64,000 nucleotides of DNA from Alphaproteobacteria bacterium. Lineage in GTDB: Bacteria > Pseudomonadota > Alphaproteobacteria > RF32 > CAG-239. Positions 1-8,966 of this stretch are shown here, piece after piece (the first letter of the stretch is position 1; each line of letters opens with the position of its first letter). The DNA is taken from positions 11,079-75,078 of the forward strand of contig JAGBDC010000024.1 of the NCBI GenBank assembly GCA_017937705.1, read 5' to 3'. Both the position numbers and the translations under genes were made by a program. The notes under the pieces were generated by a model. The model was not told the DNA's origin, did no database searches, and saw nothing but the letters and a program-made list of their open reading frames with translations.

Positions 1-23
1 AGTTTTTTTATAGGAGCCCGAAG

Positions 24-806
24 TTGAAAATTATCTATTGCGGAGATGTCGTCGGAAGAGCAGGAAGAGATGCCGTACTAAACAATTTGAAAAACATGCG
101 TCAAAAATACAATGCTGATGTAATTATCGTTAACATCGAAAACGCTGCTCATGGTTTTGGAGTTACACCGGGAATCGCAAAAGAATTTTTAGAATCCGGC
201 ACAGATATTTTAACCACCGGAAATCATGTATGGCAGCAGCGAGATATTCTTCCTTTTTTAGATGAAAATAAAAGAATAATTCGTCCGCTTAATTATCCGG
301 AAACCTGTTGCGGACGAGGATATACCGAATTTGAGCTTTCCAATGGTAAAAAAATATTGGTAACTCAAGTATTAGGACGAGTATTTATGGATAGCGTTGA
401 CAATCCTGCATTGACATTAGATAAATTATTGAAATCGTATTCTTTGGGCAAGAATGTTGATGCGATTTTTGTTGATATACATGCCGAATGCACTTCCGAA
501 AAATTATCTCTCGGCTATTATATGGACGGCAGGGTGTCGGTTGTTGCAGGAACACATACGCACGTGCCGACTGCAGATGCTAAGGTTTTACCTAACGGAA
601 CAGCTTATATTACCGATGTAGGAATGTGCGGAAATTATGACTCTGTTTTAGGTTTTGACAAACAGGCTCCAATTGACCGGTTGTGTCAAAAATATAATGG
701 AAATCGTTTAGAAGTATGCAGAACTAACGGTACTGTTTGGGGCATTTTTGTTGAAACCGACGATGCAACGGGTTTGGCAAAATCAATTGAACAATTTAGT
801 ATATAG
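24..806 (+). CDS. YmdB-family metallophosphoesterase
   Basis: 260-aa ORF with a TTG start. The motifs MKIIYCGDVVGRAGR, VNIENAAHGFG, TTGNHVW, VDIHAE and AGTHTHV form the calcineurin-like metal-binding signature in the arrangement typical of YmdB/TIGR00282 proteins. Confidence 0.8.
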   Translation: MKIIYCGDVVGRAGRDAVLNNLKNMRQKYNADVIIVNIENAAHGFGVTPGIAKEFLESGTDILTTGNHVWQQRDILPFLDENKRIIRPLNYPETCCGRGYTEFELSNGKKILVTQVLGRVFMDSVDNPALTLDKLLKSYSLGKNVDAIFVDIHAECTSEKLSLGYYMDGRVSVVAGTHTHVPTADAKVLPNGTAYITDVGMCGNYDSVLGFDKQAPIDRLCQKYNGNRLEVCRTNGTVWGIFVETDDATGLAKSIEQFSI

Positions 807-816
807 GAACAGAAAA

Positions 817-1251
817 ATGGCTGAAAAAGAATATATTCCATACGAGGAAATTGTCGAAGAATGTAAAAATTTGGCAAAATGCTTAAAAAATAACAAATTC
901 AATAAAATTATAGCGATTACTCGTGGCGGAATGGTTCCTGCTTGCCTTTTGGCACAGTTTTTAGATATTCGCACAATTGACAGTATAGCTTTAGTCAGTT
1001 ACGGAAATGATGACAAACAAACAGAATTGAAATGTTTATTAGCTCCTAATGTTGAGATTGATGAACACACTTTGTTTGTAGATGATTTATACGATTCGGG
1101 AAACACCTATAAATATATAAAACAACAATATCCTAAAGCAAAATGTGCTGTCGTATATACAAAATATTCTGATGCGGAATTAGACTTTCCGGCAACATTA
1201 AAAACTAAAGATAAATGGTTGGTATTTCCTTGGGAATTTGATGCAATTTAA
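817..1251 (+). CDS. gpt: xanthine-guanine phosphoribosyltransferase
   Basis: Same frame as track ORF 748..1251. The first ATG, preceded by AGGAA, is at 817 (MAEKEYIPYEE...). IIAITRGGMVPACLLA, the PRPP loop LFVDDLYDSGNT and the C-terminal WLVFPWE parallel E. coli Gpt in both order and length. Confidence 0.75.
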   Translation: MAEKEYIPYEEIVEECKNLAKCLKNNKFNKIIAITRGGMVPACLLAQFLDIRTIDSIALVSYGNDDKQTELKCLLAPNVEIDEHTLFVDDLYDSGNTYKYIKQQYPKAKCAVVYTKYSDAELDFPATLKTKDKWLVFPWEFDAI

Positions 1252-1258
1252 CAAAAAA

Positions 1259-1284
1259 ACTCGGAGTTAATCTCCGAGTTTTTT
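1259..1284. terminator. bidirectional rho-independent terminator
   Basis: The stem actcggag/ctccgagt has a ttaat loop. It is flanked by an A-run upstream and a T-run downstream, between gpt and the convergent tRNA. Confidence 0.6.
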
Positions 1285-1287
1285 AAT

Positions 1288-1363
1288 TGGTGGGTGTGGC
1301 TGGGATCGAACCAGCGACCCCTACGATGTCAACGTAGTGCTCATACCACTGAGCTACACACCC
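1288..1363 (-). tRNA. tRNA-Val (anticodon GAC)
   Basis: The reverse complement reads gggtgtgtagctcagtggtatgagcactacgttgacatcgtaggggtcgctggttcgatcccagccacacccacca. It folds as a cloverleaf with anticodon stem ctacg/cgtag and loop ttGACat. GGTTCGATC forms the T-loop and CCA is encoded. Confidence 0.9.
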
Positions 1364-1473
1364 GAAACAGATATGCTTTTACCCCAATTGTTTTTATTTG
1401 GCAAGATTTTTATTATTAAAAATTTAATCTTTATTTGATAGGATGTTACTGTTGCAACAACAGGGGTATTGGT

Positions 1474-2358
1474 ATGAGTGAAAAACACATAAAATTTCAA
1501 GTTGATTATTCAAAGCTGAAAGTTGTAAATGAATACAACACAAAAAATCAACGCTATCCTTTGGTATTGTCAGTTCCTCATAGCGGTACATTTTTTCCGA
1601 CAGAATTTTTGGAAAATATTGCCGTAAATGAAAATGAACTTCGTTCTAATGAAGACCCTTTTGTTGATGAATTGGTTGCTGAAGCTTCCGATTTAGGTAT
1701 TCCGATGATAAGCCTTAATGTCGGACGAGCTTTTATTGATGTAAACAGAGATGCTATCGAAATAGACCCTGCAATGTTTTTTAATTATCCCGATACAGAC
1801 ATTACACCAAACAACAAAAGGTGCCGTGTCGGGCTCGGATTATTTCATAGAATTACAGCCGAAAGAAAAAATATCTATGACGGGTTACTTGACTATGATG
1901 AAGCGCAAGAAAGAATTAAAAACGTTTACAATGTATATCACAAAAGCTTGCAAAAAATGATAGATAAAACCATTAAAAATTTTGGTTTCTGCCTAGTGCT
2001 TGACTGCCATTCCATGCCTTCAAAAATATGTAATATCATGCAAGACAATCGGCAAATTGAATTTTGTTTGGGAACATTGTTTGAACAGAGTTGCCCGACC
2101 GAAATAGTAGAATTTATGACACATTTTCTTGAACAAAAATATAATGTAAGTATTGATTGCCCATATTCCGGAGCTTATATAAGCTTTAATTATTGTCAGC
2201 CGCGAAAAAATGTTTATACCCTACAAATGGAAATAAACAGGAGCATTTATGAAGATGAAACTGTGTATAAAAAAACATCTAACTTCCAATATGTTAGCAC
2301 AGATATCTGCAATGCAATAACCGGACTTGCCAATTTTTTACTGGATTTTAAAAAATAA
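1474..2358 (+). CDS. N-formylglutamate amidohydrolase family protein
   Basis: Same frame as track ORF 1435..2358. The first ATG is at 1474 (MSEKHIKF...). LVLSVPHSGTFFP, RAFIDVNRD and LVLDCHSMPS match the zinc-ligand and active-site pattern of the FGase family (PF05013). Confidence 0.75.
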   Translation: MSEKHIKFQVDYSKLKVVNEYNTKNQRYPLVLSVPHSGTFFPTEFLENIAVNENELRSNEDPFVDELVAEASDLGIPMISLNVGRAFIDVNRDAIEIDPAMFFNYPDTDITPNNKRCRVGLGLFHRITAERKNIYDGLLDYDEAQERIKNVYNVYHKSLQKMIDKTIKNFGFCLVLDCHSMPSKICNIMQDNRQIEFCLGTLFEQSCPTEIVEFMTHFLEQKYNVSIDCPYSGAYISFNYCQPRKNVYTLQMEINRSIYEDETVYKKTSNFQYVSTDICNAITGLANFLLDFKK

Positions 2359-2542
2359 TTATGTTATAAACCTCTTTGTTTTGTTAATTTGTGGCTATGG
2401 AATAGCCGTTTATTTTGATAACCTGCCCTCGGATTTTTTGTTATGCCGATAAGCAGATTGAAACCGCAAAAGCGGGGGATGTTTGTGGCACTCCGAGGAA
2501 ACAGAGGGATACTTTAATTAGGTAAAAGTATCAAAAATTTTA

Positions 2543-3208
2543 ATGATTTTTCTCATATTGCTGATGTTATTTCAGCCTCTGCCGGTGGACGCACAGGATA
2601 CTGTGATTATCGAAGAGGATTTTGTTTGTTTGAATGCAACCTTGCAAGCAGAAGAAGAATATCAGATACAAAAACATTTACTTACTTCTATTTCCAGTAT
2701 TGAATCAGGTCGTTGGCATAATGGACAGCAAGAAAAAGCTGCTTGGCCGTGGACCGTTAATGTAAAAGGAAAAGGGTATTTTTATAAAACAAAAGCGGAA
2801 GCGATTGCTGCCGTAAAAAAATGGCAAGCAAGAGGATATACCAGTATTGATGTCGGTTGTATGCAAGTTAATTTGCGTTTTCATGGCAAAAAATTTGCTA
2901 ATTTAGAAGATGCTTTTGATCCTAAAAAGAATGTTGAAGTTGCTGCACAATTTTTGAAAAAACGCTATGAAAAAAGAGGCGATTGGATGCGCGCAGCTAC
3001 CGATTATCACTCAAAAAAGCCCAGTAAAGCCCGTGCATATAAGAAAAAACTTTTGACCGCACTAAACAACGCAAAAGAAACAAGTGAACGATTTTTAGCT
3101 CAACAAGCATCAAATTACTTAATAATAAAAGACAATCGTAGCTGGTTATCCAGATGGTTTGACAGAGATGAGACTATTAAAGAACTCAAGCTGTCTTTAA
3201 GAGGGTAA
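2543..3208 (+). CDS. secreted specialised lytic transglycosylase (SLT domain, VirB1/IagB/R64 PilT-like)
   Basis: A signal peptide (MIFLILLMLFQPLPVDAQD) is followed by ISSIESGRW, which holds the catalytic Glu, then WPWTVN and SIDVGCMQVN. This is the SLT (PF01464) motif order. Confidence 0.7.
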   Translation: MIFLILLMLFQPLPVDAQDTVIIEEDFVCLNATLQAEEEYQIQKHLLTSISSIESGRWHNGQQEKAAWPWTVNVKGKGYFYKTKAEAIAAVKKWQARGYTSIDVGCMQVNLRFHGKKFANLEDAFDPKKNVEVAAQFLKKRYEKRGDWMRAATDYHSKKPSKARAYKKKLLTALNNAKETSERFLAQQASNYLIIKDNRSWLSRWFDRDETIKELKLSLRG

Positions 3209-3209
3209 C

Positions 3210-3944
3210 ATGAATAATGCGGGATATTTTTCAAGAGAATATGCAATAAAAAGTTACGAATGTGATTGTAACAGGAAGTTGCGTATCATAACATTGATGA
3301 ATATTTTTCAAGATGTAGCAGATTCTCATGCAAGCAAAATTGGTGTAGGTATAGAGCACTGTTTGGCTAACGGTCTGGCATGGGTTGGTTCAAATTATCA
3401 CATAAAAATATTCAGAATGCCCGAATGGCATGAAAAAATCATTGTAAAAACTTGGCCTTCAGGTAAAAGCAAACTTATTGCAACTCGTGATTTTAAAGTG
3501 GAAGATGAAAGCGGTAACACAATTATTGTTGCTTCCAGTCAATGGGTACTGATTGATTTTGCGAAAAAAAGACCGGTAGCTCTTGAAAACAACCTTCCGG
3601 AATATCCGCTTATCGAAGAACGTTCATTAGATACGGATTTTCCGAAATATAATGCACCGGAAAGAGATGATTTTATACAATCTGTTAAAGTCAGATATGA
3701 TGATATAGATGTAAACAAACACGTTAATAATTCTATTTATCCGCTATGGGCAACGGAATGCGTTGATAGCAATTTTCGTGCGGAGTATCAACCGATGGAG
3801 CTTGAAATATCCTTTAAAAAAGAGTGTTGCTATGGTGAATTGGTTGAGGTTAGAACTCAAGTTGAAGAAAAAACAACTCTACATAGCATTACTGTTCCTG
3901 CCGATAATAAAGAAGTTGCAAGACTTCGCATATTATGGAAATAA
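3210..3944 (+). CDS. acyl-ACP thioesterase
   Basis: 244 aa. It has the double hot-dog layout with YECDCNRKLRI, GLAWVGSNYHIKI, WVLIDFAKKRP and VRYDDIDVNKHVNNSIY, typical of FatA/FatB-type Acyl-ACP_TE (PF01643). The start lies 1 nt after the upstream stop. Confidence 0.75.
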   Translation: MNNAGYFSREYAIKSYECDCNRKLRIITLMNIFQDVADSHASKIGVGIEHCLANGLAWVGSNYHIKIFRMPEWHEKIIVKTWPSGKSKLIATRDFKVEDESGNTIIVASSQWVLIDFAKKRPVALENNLPEYPLIEERSLDTDFPKYNAPERDDFIQSVKVRYDDIDVNKHVNNSIYPLWATECVDSNFRAEYQPMELEISFKKECCYGELVEVRTQVEEKTTLHSITVPADNKEVARLRILWK

Positions 3945-3972
3945 AAAAGGCGGAGGTTTATCTCCGCTTTTA
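3945..3972. terminator. bidirectional rho-independent terminator
   Basis: The sequence is aaaaaaggcggag-gttta-tctccgctttt. The gcggag/ctccgc stem sits between an A-run and a T-run, between convergent genes. Confidence 0.6.
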
Positions 3973-3975
3973 ATC

Positions 3976-5736
3976 TTATCTGATAATAAATTCTTTTAAG
4001 CCGATTGCATGATGATACGGGTTAGATGTTGTTGAATTTCTGTTAAAATTAACAGATATATACTTGTCTTCGTTTTCAAAGCATATTTCTCTCTCAAAAG
4101 GGGCTTTTTCCGTCAAAGGTATTTCCCATTTTCCGATTTTTTTATCATTTACATTCAACTCTATAATCGGCATTTTATTACTAGGGTTGATTAAAATAAA
4201 TTTAGTTTTCAAACAATATTGTTTTTTATCATTTTTCATTATTTCAATATTGAGAGTATCTGTCCAAATAGTGTTATGATCAGCAATAAATGCTTGTACT
4301 TGCCCTTCTTCCACAACACTCCCCACATAATCGATAATTTCTTTTTCTTTGATAAGAGTATTTATTACATATTTTTTATATAATGTTTTTTCCTTTTCGG
4401 TTTTATTAAATTTTTTATAGAAATCAGAAATTTTATTAAATTCCATATCAAGTTTCATCCCATATTTTTCATATAATGTTGCATCTTTCTGCCACAGAGA
4501 ACGACCTAAACCAAAACCGGTATTTTCAAACCCAATGGCTTCCATAATCGTCGGAGCTATATCTAAGGTTGTCCATTTGTGTTTTTGAGGCTCTAAACCA
4601 TCAACAGGATTAATTATCACATTAAAAATTTGCCTATTTTCTTTTTTGGGGTAAATATCATTCCTGCCAATAACTATATGGTCACCCAAAACTACAATGG
4701 TCGTATTTTTATAAAAATCTTGTTTTTGAACCCACTTTATAAAGTCAGAGGCCATTTTATCGGCACAAAGAATAACATCCCGATTGTCGCCATATTTTTT
4801 ATCACACTTCGGGTCTAAAAAAGTAGTCGGCTCATGGGTATCAATTGTTGCTATTGTTATAAAGAAAGGATTGTTTTTATTTGCCAAATCAATAATTCGT
4901 TCTTTTGTTATTTCGTACAAAGTACTGTCTTTGACACCCCAATCGTTTCCTTTATTATTTTGTAAAATATCAGGATTATCATTAATACCTTCGATTTTTT
5001 GAAAAGAATGTTGTTTGATAAAATTTCTTGTTCCGCTAAAAGATAAAGAAGAACCCTGTATAAAAAATGTATTATATTCTTCTTTTTTCAAAATATCCGG
5101 ATAACAAATTGCATTACTCAGAGTATTATTTTGAATATTTCTTAAATTAGTTATTGATAGTTCTGTTTTATGAGGAATACCGCACATACCGGCAACTTGT
5201 CCGGATATGGTTGCATTAGCATATAAAAGTTGGTAAAAATCGTTAAAATAAAAATTTTCTTCGGCAATTTTACTGAGATTAGGAAGAAGATTTGTTCCTT
5301 TTCCGTCATAATTTTTATATCCGCTTTCCATGGATTCTAAATATAAAACGATGAGATTTCTCTTTTGTTTTGGAGAAGATACGGATGGAATAATATATTC
5401 ATCTTCATAAATTGTTGTTTGACTAACATTTCCGACAATAAAATCATATATTTGAAAAGTGTAAAAAAAGAAACTTAACGACAGAAAAATTAAAAATATT
5501 TTCCATTTTTTTCCGGAAAAAAATGTAATAAAGGCGTAAGCAGAAGCAAATAACAAAACAACAATCAAAGATATATTTCGAATAAAGCTACCTGCAGAGA
5601 TTGCGGTGGTTATATATAAAAAAAGACTCTCCAAAGTGGTTCTGCCCCAAAAAAACATTACAACCAACGAAGTAGCTAACAGGATACCGAGCAGAAAAAA
5701 TATCAGTAAACAAAAAGTCTTTTTCAGTAAATTCAT
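3976..5736 (-). CDS. membrane-anchored sulfatase-family transferase (LTA synthase / phosphoglycerol transferase-like)
   Basis: 586 aa. About five N-terminal TM helices are followed by an alkaline-phosphatase-superfamily domain (LYLESMES, IATIDTHEP, VVLGDH). Confidence 0.7.
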   Translation of the reverse strand: MNLLKKTFCLLIFFLLGILLATSLVVMFFWGRTTLESLFLYITTAISAGSFIRNISLIVVLLFASAYAFITFFSGKKWKIFLIFLSLSFFFYTFQIYDFIVGNVSQTTIYEDEYIIPSVSSPKQKRNLIVLYLESMESGYKNYDGKGTNLLPNLSKIAEENFYFNDFYQLLYANATISGQVAGMCGIPHKTELSITNLRNIQNNTLSNAICYPDILKKEEYNTFFIQGSSLSFSGTRNFIKQHSFQKIEGINDNPDILQNNKGNDWGVKDSTLYEITKERIIDLANKNNPFFITIATIDTHEPTTFLDPKCDKKYGDNRDVILCADKMASDFIKWVQKQDFYKNTTIVVLGDHIVIGRNDIYPKKENRQIFNVIINPVDGLEPQKHKWTTLDIAPTIMEAIGFENTGFGLGRSLWQKDATLYEKYGMKLDMEFNKISDFYKKFNKTEKEKTLYKKYVINTLIKEKEIIDYVGSVVEEGQVQAFIADHNTIWTDTLNIEIMKNDKKQYCLKTKFILINPSNKMPIIELNVNDKKIGKWEIPLTEKAPFEREICFENEDKYISVNFNRNSTTSNPYHHAIGLKEFIIR

Positions 5737-5766
5737 TTTTATCTTTCAATTTTTTATATCAATAAG

Positions 5767-7521
5767 TTAAGCATAATTTCCCATAAATCCGTCAACTTGC
5801 ATTTTGTATAACTTTGCATAAAGTCCATTTTTTTGTAAGAGTTCTTCATGGTTTCCGTTTTCGACAATTTTTCCCTTATCGAAAACTAAAATTCTATCCA
5901 TTTCTCGCAAAGTTGAAAGGCGGTGAGCAATAGCTAAAACGGTCTTGCCTTTCATCAGATTTTTTAATGACTGTTGAATATGTGTTTCGCTTTGACTGTC
6001 AAGAGCTGAAGTTGCTTCGTCAAATATCAAAATCGGGGCATTTTTCAAAATTGCACGAGCAATAGCAATTCGTTGTCTTTCTCCGCCTGATAAAATTATA
6101 CCTCTATCGCCTACTTTTGTTTTATATCCGTCTTTAAATTTTTTAATAAAAATATCGGCAAAAGCTTTTTTAGCAGCAACTTCAACTTGTTTATCGCTTG
6201 CATCAACATTACCGTAACGAATATTTTCAAGCAGGGTTCGGTTAAACAAGCAAACGTCTTGCGGAATAGTTGCTATATGTTTATGCAATGATTCTTGAGT
6301 AATATCTCTTATATCAATGCCGTTTATCATAATACTTCCGGAATCTATGTCATAATAACGGCTAATGAGTTTTACAAACGAAGATTTTCCTGAACCGGAA
6401 AGACCGACAAGTCCGACTTTTTCTCCTGCCTTAATGTCAATATTTAAGCATTTAAACAATTTATTGCGATTTTGATATCCGAAAGTAACATCTTTCAAAC
6501 GAATATTCGCTTTTTTCGTTTTTAGAATTTTGGCATCTTTTTTATCAACAATTTCCGGATCAACAGCCAAAGTATCAAGCGCCGACACAACGTTTCCGTA
6601 CATTTTGGAAATATTATTATATATCCACGACATTTGAAAAGCCAGATATGAAGAATTTAAAAATACCGTATTTACATAAATAAATTGTGTTGTATCTGTT
6701 TTTCCTATTTTCAGCATAAAGATAGAAAAGAAAACAAATGCAACAAGTGATAAAATAGAAACAAGTTGCTGAGCAATTCTTATCCAGCCCATAATTTTCT
6801 TTTCTCTGGTTTCTGCTCTTCTTAATTGTCGCAGAGATTTAAGAAGATTGATTTTTTCAAACTTAAAATTGGCAAAGCTCTTTATTTCGCTGTAATTAGA
6901 TATGGAATCAACAATAACCGCATTTGCCGCACTACTCATTTTTCCTGATTCACGAGAACAATTTCTTCTGATTTCGCCTAATTTGCAACTAACCAAAACT
7001 ACTATGGCAATCCATATAACAACAAACAATGTATAATACAAACTAACCCATGTTAACACGGCTATTGTTGCCAAAACACGAGTCACCATATGTAAAACTT
7101 CAAAACAAGCATTTAAGAAATCGGTTGTATTGTTGGCTAACAAACCTACTTTGTGTGAAATATTACCGGTCATTTCGTTGGTGAAGAATGAAATGGATTG
7201 TTTGTTTACATCTTCAAAAACATCTTTTATAACAATGGTTTTAATTTTGGGAACAAAGCGAGCAACAATAAACATTGATGCTTCAGATATTAAAGTTGCC
7301 GAAAGAGTGATTATTGCCATAATTCCGGCATAAAATATAACTTCATTCCAATAGCTGTCGCTTCCTTGTTTTTCGATAACGGTATTATATATTTTTGCTA
7401 AAAAATATGGTTCAATGGTATTTGCAACCTGTCGTACAATAACGCAGGCAGTCAACATTAATAAGGCCCATTTGAATATCTTTACATAATGCCATATAAA
7501 ACGATTTGCTGATTTTTCCAT
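5767..7521 (-). CDS. ABC exporter, fused permease/ATPase (MsbA-like)
   Basis: 584 aa with six predicted TM helices. It carries Walker A GLSGSGKSS, the signature LSGGERQRIAIARA, Walker B ILIFDEATSALD and the H-loop AIAHRLST. Confidence 0.85.
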   Translation of the reverse strand: MEKSANRFIWHYVKIFKWALLMLTACVIVRQVANTIEPYFLAKIYNTVIEKQGSDSYWNEVIFYAGIMAIITLSATLISEASMFIVARFVPKIKTIVIKDVFEDVNKQSISFFTNEMTGNISHKVGLLANNTTDFLNACFEVLHMVTRVLATIAVLTWVSLYYTLFVVIWIAIVVLVSCKLGEIRRNCSRESGKMSSAANAVIVDSISNYSEIKSFANFKFEKINLLKSLRQLRRAETREKKIMGWIRIAQQLVSILSLVAFVFFSIFMLKIGKTDTTQFIYVNTVFLNSSYLAFQMSWIYNNISKMYGNVVSALDTLAVDPEIVDKKDAKILKTKKANIRLKDVTFGYQNRNKLFKCLNIDIKAGEKVGLVGLSGSGKSSFVKLISRYYDIDSGSIMINGIDIRDITQESLHKHIATIPQDVCLFNRTLLENIRYGNVDASDKQVEVAAKKAFADIFIKKFKDGYKTKVGDRGIILSGGERQRIAIARAILKNAPILIFDEATSALDSQSETHIQQSLKNLMKGKTVLAIAHRLSTLREMDRILVFDKGKIVENGNHEELLQKNGLYAKLYKMQVDGFMGNYA

Positions 7522-7603
7522 TTTTCTAAACTCAAAATTGACACTTGAGTCTTATTGTATTATCATAACGCTTAAAATAAGTTTAACCCAAAGGATTTTG
7601 AAA

Positions 7604-8029
7604 ATGGAAACACAATATTATACCGTTGTAGAAAAACAGGATTTTTTTGAAATTATCGAGAATAAATATGGCGAATTAGCTATTTTTATCGATGCTCGTG
7701 ACGGAACTCCGGCTAATCCGGTTTTAGAATTTGACGGAAAGAAAACCGCATTACTAAAAAGAGATGGTCGCTTAGCGGTTAAACTCGATAATATTGATGA
7801 TGAAACTAAGGGCCCTTTAGCAGAAGCGGAGTTTGTAATGATTGTTGAGCTTCAGGGCAAAATGGTAGAACGTGTATATGCCGTTCCGGTTGATAATGTA
7901 GAAGAAATTGTCTTCAAAGGTCGTCAAACCCGTGCTGATGAGCTCATTCTTGCCCGTAGCAAAGAAGATGTTATTAAAAGTTTTGGAGCCATCCATAGTT
8001 GGGTAGGTGGTAGTACGGAAGCAAAGTAG
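7604..8029 (+). CDS. hypothetical protein, paralogue of 53583..53897
   Basis: Same frame as track ORF 7538..8029. The first ATG is at 7604 (METQYYTVVEK...). It aligns by eye with the 104-aa ORF at 53583: ANPVLEFDGKKTALLKR against ENPRLVYDGGDQALLYR, and FVMIVELQGKMVERVYAVPV against VLMVEIENDDVAREYKVPV. Confidence 0.5.
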   Translation: METQYYTVVEKQDFFEIIENKYGELAIFIDARDGTPANPVLEFDGKKTALLKRDGRLAVKLDNIDDETKGPLAEAEFVMIVELQGKMVERVYAVPVDNVEEIVFKGRQTRADELILARSKEDVIKSFGAIHSWVGGSTEAK

Positions 8030-8039
8030 GACTATCTAA

Positions 8040-8438
8040 ATGTTAGGGATAATTTTAGTAACACACGGCAATTTAGCCAAAGAGTTTGTCGCTGCAATGC
8101 AACATGTGGTAGGGCCGCAAGAACAGATAGATACTGTTTGTATCGGTCCTGAAGACAATATGGAAGCTCGCAGAGAAGAGATTTTACAAAAAGTAGAAAA
8201 TGTAGATACCGGCGACGGCACTATTGTTTTGACAGATTTATTCGGAGGTACACCTTCAAATTTGGCAATATCTATCATGGACAAGGCAAAAGTTGAAGTT
8301 TTGGCCGGAGTTAATTTACCGATGTTAATAAAAATCGCTACGTTGCGCAAAGATAAAAGTTTGAAAGAAACCGCTATCGGAGCACAAGAAGCCGGTAAAA
8401 AATATATCAATATTGCATCACAGTTGTTAGGCGGTTAA
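8040..8438 (+). CDS. PTS EIIA component, mannose/fructose family
   Basis: 132 aa. MLGIILVTHGNLAKEF holds the His phosphorylation site, followed by LTDLFGGTPSN. It sits immediately upstream of HPr, as in the alphaproteobacterial regulatory PTS. Confidence 0.8.
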   Translation: MLGIILVTHGNLAKEFVAAMQHVVGPQEQIDTVCIGPEDNMEARREEILQKVENVDTGDGTIVLTDLFGGTPSNLAISIMDKAKVEVLAGVNLPMLIKIATLRKDKSLKETAIGAQEAGKKYINIASQLLGG

Positions 8439-8439
8439 A

Positions 8440-8709
8440 GTGTCTGTTTCTAAAAATTTAGTTATAAAAAATCGCAAAGGATTACATGCGCGTGCTGCTG
8501 CCGCTTTTGTTAAGATTGCCGAAAAATATGATGCGTGTATAGAAGTTGAGAAATCCGGTCAAAAAGTTAGCGGTTGCTCAATTATGGGATTAATGCTTTT
8601 AGCTGCGGCAATGGGTACAACAATAACCATATATGCTGATGGACCTGATGAAGAAAATGCCATAAACGAGTTGTGTAAACTTGTAGATGATAAATTCGGA
8701 GAAGATTAG
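8440..8709 (+). CDS. ptsH: HPr-family phosphocarrier protein
   Basis: 89 aa with a GTG start. NRKGLHARAAAAFV has the His15 context and GCSIMGLMLL the Ser46 context. Confidence 0.85.
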   Translation: MSVSKNLVIKNRKGLHARAAAAFVKIAEKYDACIEVEKSGQKVSGCSIMGLMLLAAAMGTTITIYADGPDEENAINELCKLVDDKFGED

Positions 8710-8745
8710 ATATATAGGCTATCTCCTATTGTAAAAATAAAAAAC

Positions 8746-8784
8746 GAACCTAAATCATATAAAGACTTTAGGTTCATTTTTTTT
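8746..8784 (+). terminator. rho-independent terminator after ptsH
   Basis: A 9-bp stem gaacctaaa/tttaggttc with a 12-nt loop is followed by T8. Confidence 0.7.
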
Positions 8785-8796
8785 AAGGAGTTTATC

Positions 8797-8871
8797 ATGA
8801 AAGAGAATAAAGAAACAAAAAAATCATCTGAAAAAGAACCATCAAAAGGTGGCTGTGGCTGCGGTAAATAA
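8797..8871 (+). CDS. candidate 24-aa micro-ORF (MKENKETKKSSEKEPSKGGCGCGK)
   Basis: It is below the ORF-track size cutoff. The ATG at 8797 lies 6 nt after a perfect AAGGAG, and the TAA is at 8869. The ORF is flanked by two hairpin terminators. No homology support is available. Confidence 0.35.
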   Translation: MKENKETKKSSEKEPSKGGCGCGK

Positions 8872-8897
8872 AGCTTGATAGATTATATCAAAAATAA

Positions 8898-8925
8898 AAG
8901 GCGAGGGTATTCTTCGCCTTTTTTA
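8898..8925 (+). terminator. rho-independent terminator
   Basis: The stem aaggcga/tcgcctt is followed by a T-run, directly downstream of the micro-ORF. Confidence 0.55.
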
Positions 8926-8966
8926 TTGTTATATGTCGTCGTGTAACTGTTTAGGACTTCTATATC

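Noticed and set aside
2420-2505. Structured leader upstream of the SLT gene, possibly a riboswitch or ncRNA: long-range pairing of cctcgga (~2425) with tccgagg (~2494), plus an internal ccgc-aaaa-gcgg hairpin.
   Set aside because: I could not match it to any riboswitch consensus I know (c-di-AMP/ydaO, c-di-GMP, SAM-II, glycine, preQ1, ZTP). A couple of short helices in AT-rich DNA is weak evidence without covariation.
3763-3999. A 78-aa ORF overlapping the 3' end of the acyl-ACP thioesterase gene.
   Set aside because: It is an out-of-frame overlap with a well-supported gene and runs through the terminator hairpin. There is no RBS.
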